Origin: Myxococcota bacterium
Lineage (GTDB): Bacteria; Myxococcota_A; UBA796; GCA-2862545
Reading direction: 5' to 3'
Assembly (NCBI GenBank): GCA_039208735.1
Contig: JBCCQY010000003.1
Coordinates: 79,490 to 143,489 of the forward strand
Length of the DNA stretch: 64,000 nucleotides
Part shown: piece by piece, positions 59,201-64,000 of the stretch
Layout: each line of letters opens with the position of its first letter
Numbering within the stretch: the stretch's first letter is position 1
Notes under the pieces: model-generated
Databases searched by the model: none
Told to the model about the DNA's origin: nothing
What the model saw: the letters and a program-made list of their open reading frames with translations, nothing else
Made by a program: the position numbers and the translations under genes

Positions 59201-62200
59201 GCGACGGCTGGCCAAGGCTTCGACGTCAATAGCAGCTACACATTCGACGTCCGTGGCTACGTCATGACCGAGCAGCATCAGTCCAACCCTACGGGGAACG
59301 TCGACGGGTTTACGTACTCATATGACGATTCAGGCAATCGAGATGGCATGACGGAAACCCATGGCGCCTCGTCAACGTCGTATCAGTTCGGCTACGGGAG
59401 CCCAGCATCCGACCGCATCCGGACCATCGATACCAACCAGTCGGGCAACCCATATCCCTTGGCCTGGGATGATTATGGCCGCCAGCTGACGTCATCGGCG
59501 GGCCACACCTTGTCCTACACCCTGAACCATGAGTTGAAGGACGTTGATGATGCCGGGACGGTTCGGCAGTCGAACGTCTACGGAGCCGACGGCGAACGGC
59601 TCTCCCGCATGAGCGGAACACAGACGACGTTCTACCTTTCCGGAGGTGACGGCATTGTATTGCAGTCTTACAACGCGGCCTCGGGTGCCTACGAGGACGC
59701 CATCGCGGTAGCGGGTGCGGTCATCGCTCACGTGGATGCACAGGGCCAAGTGACGAGCATCGTCTCGGGAATCGATGGCAATCCGGTGTTCGTCGAGCCA
59801 TCAGGACAGGTCAACTACCGGCCGTTGAACGCATGGGGCATGGCTCGAGATGGCACCACAGCGGCCGCGGGCCAGGAGCTAAGCTTCCACCAGATGCAGC
59901 ATGACAGCACGACGATGCTGAATCATGCGGGGGCACGTGTCTACGACCCCTTCATTGGGCGATTCCTCACGCCAGACCCGCTGGGCTTCGAAGGCTCAGG
60001 GTCAGACTTGTACCGCTACGCCTACAACAACACCCTCTCCTACCAGGACCGTGGAGGGCTCTCGCCTGCGACACCCTATTTCGTCGATCCTTTTATCGAC
60101 GACCCCTGGGGTGACGGAACAGGTTCGGTTCAGCCAACCGGCTTCTTGCGGGAGATCATGGGAAATCCTTTGAGACTAAGGGGCACACGGCGAGTCGACA
60201 GGCGGGCTGCATGGGACCGAGAGTTTGAGAAGATCGAACGGTGTCGTCAGAGTTCCTGCCGAAGTTTCGATCTGTCGCTGGAGCCAGGGGCGAACGAAAC
60301 CGGTGGAGATGATGCGGACGAGGAAACGATCCAATCGTCTCGAGACTGGGAAGAGCTCACCGAGAAGGAGAGAGAGGACCAGCGATGGGAAGAGGGCAAA
60401 AAAGCCTTCAAAGAAGGAAAGATGGCCTTCATTCCAATGGTATTGCTGCACACCCTGAAAAAGCTTCGCACAGTGGGATTTTGTTCACCATCTGACTGTC
60501 CACAGTTATGGAGTGATGAAGCGATTGAAGCACTCCAGACACAGCTTCCTGGCTATGCAACCCAGCCGTTCCAGTTCACGGAAAACGACCTTTTGGATGC
60601 ATTCGAAAGTTCGTGGTGGATCCTCTCTGACGCAGACTACAACCAACTAATGTTCGAAGCGGGCGTCAATGACACCGCAACCCAAGTGATTGTCATTTTG
60701 ACCATTGTGGAAGCTACCGTCGACCTCGCGGGGCTGTCCAAAGTTGCGTCGGGCCTCTTGGCCACGCGTCTAGCAAAGCGCGTAGGCGGGTGCTTTGTCA
60801 TGGGGACCACTGTGTGGGTGCCGTCAGGCGTGACCGCAATCGAAGACATCACTAGTCGGGACCGAGTGCTTGCCTTCGTGGGGTCAGATGCCGGCCCGGC
60901 AGCGGACAGCTCCAGCCAGTGGCTTCATCGATGGGCCGAGGATTGGGCGGCGGAAAGCGAAGTTGACACAGGGCGAGACATGGCTGCCGCCGCCTCCACG
61001 GATGGAGGTGAGGAGCCCTGGGTCGAGGTGGAGGATGCGCCAGTCGAGGCGAGTGGCGCGTGGGCTCAGCGTGGGGTCTGCAACCGAGTGACGGCGTGGG
61101 CGCCGAAGTGGGCGATGCCGGCCATGATGGCGCTGGCGGCGTGTGGCGTCGAGCCAGAGCTTCCTGCGGCTGACGGGGTGGTGCAGGTCTACGACGCACG
61201 GACCGGGGACTGGTCGGAGGCGACGGGCGCGGAGCTCGCGGTTGGCGACACCTGGCTCAACGATGGCAGGCTCCATCGCTGGACCGACGAGGGGGTCGAG
61301 GACCGAGGAGAGGCCACGGTCGAGGACCTGACCGAAGCCGATGCGACGTGGACGGCGGAGGCGGCGACCCGGGTGCCGAGCACCGACGAGTGGGTGTTGG
61401 TGCTCGGTGAGGCCGACGAGGCTGGTCACTGGACGCTCGGAGCGGTGGAGGCCGGGGAGCGGTTCGCGTTCAAGGGGCGCGTCTTCGAGACCGCGGACGC
61501 GGATGGCGATGGGCTCGTCGAGGTGCGGCCCACGGGTGACGTGCTCGGGCGGGTGGTGAACACCTTCGTCCGCATGGCCCCCGAGGTCATCGACGCCGAG
61601 ATTGCGTACGCCGATGGGTCCACGGACACACTCACGGGCACCCCGAACCACCCGTTCTGGGTGCCTGCGATTCGGGACTACGTGCCGCTGGGTGAGCTGG
61701 AGGTCGGGATCGCCCTGCACGTGCAGGGTGGTGGCGAGGCCATCCTCGTCAGCAAGACATGGAGGCAGGGTGACTTCGAGGTCTTCGACTTCGAGGTCGA
61801 GGGGCTGCACAACTTCTACGTGCGCGGGTCTGGCAGCGACGCTGTTGGTGTGCTGGTGCACAACTCGACACCCCAGAAACTGCTGCCGGACTCCAGGCAT
61901 GGTCAGAAGCTACTACCTGGACCTGCAGCTGGACCAGATGGCGTGGGCCGCGGAACGGAGCGCCTGTATCGAGCTCCGAGGGCCGGAGGTCAAGCGGATC
62001 AGCAGCTTCAAAACGGCCTGGATCCTGGTGATCCTGCCTTCTCGGCCGGAGACCAGTGCTGCTACTTCAGCCGTGACAGACGGGTGGCCGAGGAGTACGC
62101 ACCCTATGGGCCATACGATGGGCGCATCCTGGAGGTGGAGGTTGACGGCAACTTCTTCGATACTCAGTTGCGAGCCTTGGAACGCCCGTACGTGAGCACC

Positions 62201-62293
62201 AGACTCGGTGAAACGACCGAGGTTCCCATCCCAAGAGGCCTGTTTCAGGACGTGAATGCCAATACGTTGAATCGAACCCTCGGAGACCCATGA
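53228..62293 (+). CDS. Giant FG-GAP/YD-repeat RHS protein with Hint domain and C-terminal toxin
   Basis: D(L/I/V)(N/D)GDG..D repeats, many YD(A)LGR repeats, RHS core ARVYDPFIGRFLTPDPLG..YAYNN....DRGG, Hint CF..HNS, variable C-terminus. Confidence 0.95.
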   Translation: MMRGNPTGNTVPLRRFTYDADAHPNAWTTEAAWRGTTSWAAEQALQVWNADQTAPMALSPQTILDELEFSDKEDSARTLTLLEDIDGDAIPDLIVLNDQGPLGNFVDHRVFLNRPDQNGVPQFIFNSQNSDALSYIIASLPISKVRFIDLNRDGRTDIAVRAHPFHSGGTVVFLGGRARPGETAGFRMSAPGVAPAHIMVDGPDANRKFADLNGDGAPDLVEQNTWLPNRGDVLFVGPGVPHFFDTRTGYDLSVDDPVIQAASLYQRFAPLLANGSEPPASCMSPGDTAREVISERGLVASDDPDDPSHLDGSLVTPEEWLWRHTSHGDVNGDGYADRLINVTWLRQHEDEWVEDPDCGRTEAVLLGDGTGAFYEVPYATGGPGSTVTQLRTLKIGGLEDQDATARFDLPVNHFSFSDIDGDGRLEALNRCGGPLLTDPIEVLHHRGQGLGFDCGAFQTLTEIPLSWIGPLPLSQQNTTLVDLNGDGFPDGFRGPNPIEDLGTQLTGGDWSSPYPVQQGAVWFRNQRQVHHNRLASVRLPKGGLTTLVWGQSAMYAEDNGPISQPVLRSLSGPDGTYNFEYEGGTFGHGEFLGWEKVTTREPTGAYRVQTNATTLELKGKPWTNEIYFANGALKQMKVFVYDRIDRTNPLPLSVPPFEVGYQRICTFESDEQHGGIAFDRLTLIRHCFEFAEEGNVSVDAFTDDPSQTYVTPDSPIWVWESIPFWLHRLMRYGIDPDQLESWSNLTPAELQLLWELSGVLEGHSLAAITGIPSASHITVAQQDGSAQAMDAYFADQSSAMLGQLGTLNVELMDWSTDTPLTLTVPPVASLPSRYRFYVTEVDWYALHHPSVIRYLRDVSLSDDSRQVAYDYYNPVPGDFDGLRLERMTEGVVGGNPANAERVTVYENTGTHPYQGSRWRERIELTRAGQPVELADHTQVTQRVQRRTFDARGRVMETLPPQGAPTLYAHGFCGLESTTRNERNEVITYDNHCRLVSTVDEVGLTVTHRYDDLQRPLGSVETTPTLEGVLVMDQGTILIDEDGGDAGAGQPASVKVQAHIDGIDTLTRIFEDAWGRVVREQVCEWDRTCPAGLDPLDCPGDLAVAFACKTTAGSPNVVRTFAYDSFGNLSSETAWHEPQETNPSTLSYHYDEFGRQTRVDRPDGSWTETSRSLGSIRHNHSDLRTVRSSLNTLASTTERRNATTGQWQRTSRSIFDRYKRKNLEEDALIQRTTFEYDGLGRLKRVAPPPVDIVECDGTTSSLIPDTITYYDLVDREARVRDPSGHETRTTYDALGRVTRVARAKMSSTGVQQGLEPLRQHAYRLTFLTDSMGAPFPVREVRDIDRLGAITTSWLHSWGEPWKVQHPDGTTARYTYDGRKRRTESRQAYDGKDRVVTLEYDHWDRVVRQVRSFGGAGQPSISHLAYDARGHLVREEDPDGQVTHHEFDALGRETRTRLGADPNTALESSAFTYDLLGRMETQTESGAVTKYEYDGFGRTERVLEGYDGTDGLVTTTSEYDAADRVTAVIDGLGQREERTFDALARVTRIDRKDAQGTIVSSTDFGYDEAGRESRINADGLTSCREYDFLDRVTSERPRGAVEPTLYSYEKSPTHPVTTRVLSGEATTVTSPGGGFIRTYVDAMGRVHLTETPSLLTEEIYDADGRLIREEQRSATNVGPVLRERGYAYEPYSARLQTTTDWVPAGKATVCLNTSGNCPSATQTQTHTLGDRIATSTDGNGNQTTYTYLAGSALLDEVTVQDVTKTKHLYHTQYPFVERQLEGKANPIDVTFVRDRNFRIEKTVRTLAGQPNEETRLDYDALGRVTAEHRYVGTTHESTVTSAYDSRGQLSRRSTQVHAQSGPQMAVDYTYTAAGLLNTATYAGSNNVATYHYVANTARLAQVTVDNPAQPGPAQSVYRVPAGKYEPDGQPNYIQLGPLDGSNQPLADIVRTFDTTTRRLSHQAYTLGTGAHQEQFQETYTFDALGHLNDISRNATAGQGFDVNSSYTFDVRGYVMTEQHQSNPTGNVDGFTYSYDDSGNRDGMTETHGASSTSYQFGYGSPASDRIRTIDTNQSGNPYPLAWDDYGRQLTSSAGHTLSYTLNHELKDVDDAGTVRQSNVYGADGERLSRMSGTQTTFYLSGGDGIVLQSYNAASGAYEDAIAVAGAVIAHVDAQGQVTSIVSGIDGNPVFVEPSGQVNYRPLNAWGMARDGTTAAAGQELSFHQMQHDSTTMLNHAGARVYDPFIGRFLTPDPLGFEGSGSDLYRYAYNNTLSYQDRGGLSPATPYFVDPFIDDPWGDGTGSVQPTGFLREIMGNPLRLRGTRRVDRRAAWDREFEKIERCRQSSCRSFDLSLEPGANETGGDDADEETIQSSRDWEELTEKEREDQRWEEGKKAFKEGKMAFIPMVLLHTLKKLRTVGFCSPSDCPQLWSDEAIEALQTQLPGYATQPFQFTENDLLDAFESSWWILSDADYNQLMFEAGVNDTATQVIVILTIVEATVDLAGLSKVASGLLATRLAKRVGGCFVMGTTVWVPSGVTAIEDITSRDRVLAFVGSDAGPAADSSSQWLHRWAEDWAAESEVDTGRDMAAAASTDGGEEPWVEVEDAPVEASGAWAQRGVCNRVTAWAPKWAMPAMMALAACGVEPELPAADGVVQVYDARTGDWSEATGAELAVGDTWLNDGRLHRWTDEGVEDRGEATVEDLTEADATWTAEAATRVPSTDEWVLVLGEADEAGHWTLGAVEAGERFAFKGRVFETADADGDGLVEVRPTGDVLGRVVNTFVRMAPEVIDAEIAYADGSTDTLTGTPNHPFWVPAIRDYVPLGELEVGIALHVQGGGEAILVSKTWRQGDFEVFDFEVEGLHNFYVRGSGSDAVGVLVHNSTPQKLLPDSRHGQKLLPGPAAGPDGVGRGTERLYRAPRAGGQADQQLQNGLDPGDPAFSAGDQCCYFSRDRRVAEEYAPYGPYDGRILEVEVDGNFFDTQLRALERPYVSTRLGETTEVPIPRGLFQDVNANTLNRTLGDP
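60791..61864 (+). other. Hint (polymorphic-toxin intein-like) domain with large insertion
   Basis: CFVMGTTVW..AIEDI..DRVLA N-block; GTPNHPFW (TxxH); VFDFEVEGLHNFYV..VLVHN|S C-block. Confidence 0.9.
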
Positions 62294-62547
62294 CGAGCAG
62301 ATTCAAGCTGGTTCACGGATGTGTCGTGGATGTCCAACCTTTCGGCGTCTTCGTCGAACTTGATGACGGCAGAGTTGCCCTACTTGAGGTTGTCAACTTT
62401 GCCGAATCGAGACCGTACGAACTCGAGGAGTACCCTCAAGTGGGAACAGCCATCGAGGCGGCGCTCATCTACATGGCCGGGGAACAACCAAGGCTCAGTC
62501 AGAGTCCAAAGCACCTACGGCAAGCTGTTGGAGATCGACCATCCTGA
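62290..62547 (+). CDS. S1 (OB-fold) domain protein, candidate immunity protein
   Basis: VHGCVVDVQPFGVFVELDDG..ALL..VG..IEA..RLS S1 signature; ATGA overlap with the toxin gene. Confidence 0.8.
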   Translation: MTSRFKLVHGCVVDVQPFGVFVELDDGRVALLEVVNFAESRPYELEEYPQVGTAIEAALIYMAGEQPRLSQSPKHLRQAVGDRPS

Positions 62548-62601
62548 GCAGCTTCACAGGAACCCTCCCCACCACCTCCACCAAGTCGTAGGCCACGAAT
62601 G

Positions 62602-63383
62602 GTACGCCAGGCGAAGCCTGGCAAGAGAGGAAGAATGTAGGAAACTTCAATCTGAAACTCTTGTTAGGAGCCCTGTGGGTCGAACCCCACCCGGACAAGG
62701 CTGGCCAGCCAGCCGAAACCGCGTGTCGCGCCGAGACGGGCGACCGTCTCGGTGAAGTGTACACAGGGAGCAAGTGGGCTGCGGTATTGAGCCTCGTGAG
62801 GCTTTTATCGCGGGTGGCGACGCTGTCTTTGGAGCGGAAGCCGACGTCCTCGTGGCTGTATGGCCTGGTCACGGGGGACCCGACGGGGTCCATGGCCGGG
62901 GCACGCTTGCGGAGGGCTCCCCAGGAACCTGGGAGGCCTCGTCGCGTCCGGCAACGGACCCCTCTGCCGAAACAACAACAAGGCAGGGGATGCGCGGTGA
63001 GGCGTCGGAGCGTATCCGCGAAGCGGGGGAACCGGTCCCACAGGACCCCGTGGAGGGAAGGGGCCGCCACCGACATGGACCTGCTGGAGGGAACGATGCC
63101 GGGTACTTTGGGACCCGATCCCATCTCAACGAAACAACAGCAGATAGCAGACCTCTCGCGGCGTTGCGGCCCCGTGAGCACGCTCACCCACCGCATCGAT
63201 CTCGACTGGATGCGCGAAGCCTACCGGCGAACGCGGAAAGACGGGGCGATGGGAGTGGACCGGGAGTCGGCTTAGGGGTTCGCCGAGAACTTCGACGCCA
63301 ACCTCATGGAGCTCCTGGAAGCGCTGAGATCCTGAAACTACCGGGCTCCCCCCGTTCGTCGGGTGGAGATCGCCAAAGGGGAT
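62602..63383 (+). mobile_element. Group II intron 5' fragment (decayed)
   Basis: GTACG 5' end plus hairpin; domain-I-like motifs (GTGAAGTGTACACAGG, GTATTGAGCCTCGT); RT start; domains V/VI not seen. Confidence 0.75.
63096..63383 (+). pseudogene. ltrA: Group II intron reverse transcriptase/maturase N-terminal remnant
   Basis: WMREAYRRTRKDGAMGVD..NL..L..YRAPPVRRVEIAKGD, with in-frame TAG 63273 and TGA 63333, then truncation. Confidence 0.85.
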
Positions 63384-63758
63384 GCGCACTGTCGATAGCG
63401 GCGAGATCAACAATGGACCGCGCAATTACATTCATTGGGGCGTTGATGACGAAGGCGTGATGGAAATGACAATTGACGCCACTGGACCGGGTCCCAGTGG
63501 AACGGAACTCTTCACGGAGGCGATGGAGACAGCTGGCGAGGTGCCAAGAGCTATTCGTGGCAATTGGGCTTATGGCGACAACCTTGCGGAGTTCAACATG
63601 CTTACCGACCCGCAACAGGGCCGTCTTGCTCCCATCGATATGGTACCTGGACGGCAAGACGAGCCCGAGAGTTCGGCCATAGAACACCAACTATCAATAC
63701 TGATGCATTGGTGGGTGAACCTGGGCGCTACTCCCAGGTGGAGGTGTTGTATGAGTAG
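63382..63758 (+). pseudogene. Orphan RHS C-terminal toxin module, frameshifted
   Basis: GTELF..AM..AIRGNWAYGDNLAEFN continues in another frame near 63640 as TWTARRAREFG..GEPGRYSQVEVLYE*; recalled as an RHS-CT-type motif set. Confidence 0.6.
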
Positions 63759-63974
63759 CTCATCCGTCCTAAGTGAGAGCGACCAGAAGGAACTGGACGA
63801 CTGCATCTTTCGGAACGATAAATTAAAGGAATCAGCCTGATAAGGCGTGTTCTCGGCCTGTCTCCTGGCCAAGCTCTGTTCTACTTCTCAAGGCGGTACG
63901 ACGATCTTCGGGCCTCTGCGAGCAATAAATTCGACGAGTCCCATGAGGAGTACTGGAAGGGGTTGAAGAGCTGA
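63751..63974 (+). pseudogene. Candidate immunity gene, frameshifted
   Basis: GGAGG RBS; overlaps the toxin stop; ELDDCIFRNDKL continues at -1 near 63827 as GISLIRRVLGLS..AL..FSRRYDDLR..F..SHEEYWKG. Confidence 0.55.
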
Positions 63975-64000
63975 CGACGATGATGGCACCCTCCCCACCA

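Noticed and set aside
63096..63383. Retron/DGR reverse transcriptase or stop-codon recoding
   Set aside because: The sequence is group II intron RT-like and truncated before the catalytic YADD; mixed TAG and TGA stops indicate decay.
63382..63840. 152-aa ORF as a real protein
   Set aside because: Better explained as a chance fusion of frameshifted toxin and immunity remnants.
1..64000. CRISPR array, rRNA, intact IS/integrase
   Set aside because: No regularly spaced direct repeats, rRNA-like sequence or transposase/integrase motifs seen; the repeats found are protein-coding (YD, FG-GAP, pentapeptide, Gly-rich).

Overview
High-GC bacterial chromosome segment, most likely Myxococcota (CglF/GltF-like motility protein, TIGR02996-type LRR protein, Hanks Ser/Thr kinase, PGRS-like Gly-rich lipoprotein, two TIGR02147/DUF4423-like regulators). 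Positions 1-46.4 kb hold ordinary housekeeping and accessory genes: a dynamin-like C-terminus, tadE-tadE-tadG, bioY, a hybrid kinase, peptidases, gltBD, a VWA lipoprotein, an acyl-CoA ligase, a carotenoid oxygenase and flavoproteins. Two regions stand out. (1) About 46.7-47.1 kb on the minus strand is a candidate ~380-nt structured ncRNA with two circularly permuted tRNA-like modules (T arm -> loop-closed acceptor stem -> D arm, YrlA/Y-RNA-like topology). It lies downstream of an LRR / uncharacterised helical protein (DUF7873-like) / alpha-beta hydrolase gene run, and there is no Ro60 gene in the window. (2) 52.2-64 kb is a polymorphic toxin locus: a ~3360-aa SpvB/FG-GAP/YD-RHS protein split by a one-base frameshift in a G5 run, a Hint domain with a ~220-aa insertion, an ADP-ribosyltransferase-like tip, an S1-domain candidate immunity gene, a decayed group II intron 5' fragment, and a frameshifted orphan toxin/immunity pair. 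All family names come from motif recognition and recall; no database search was run.
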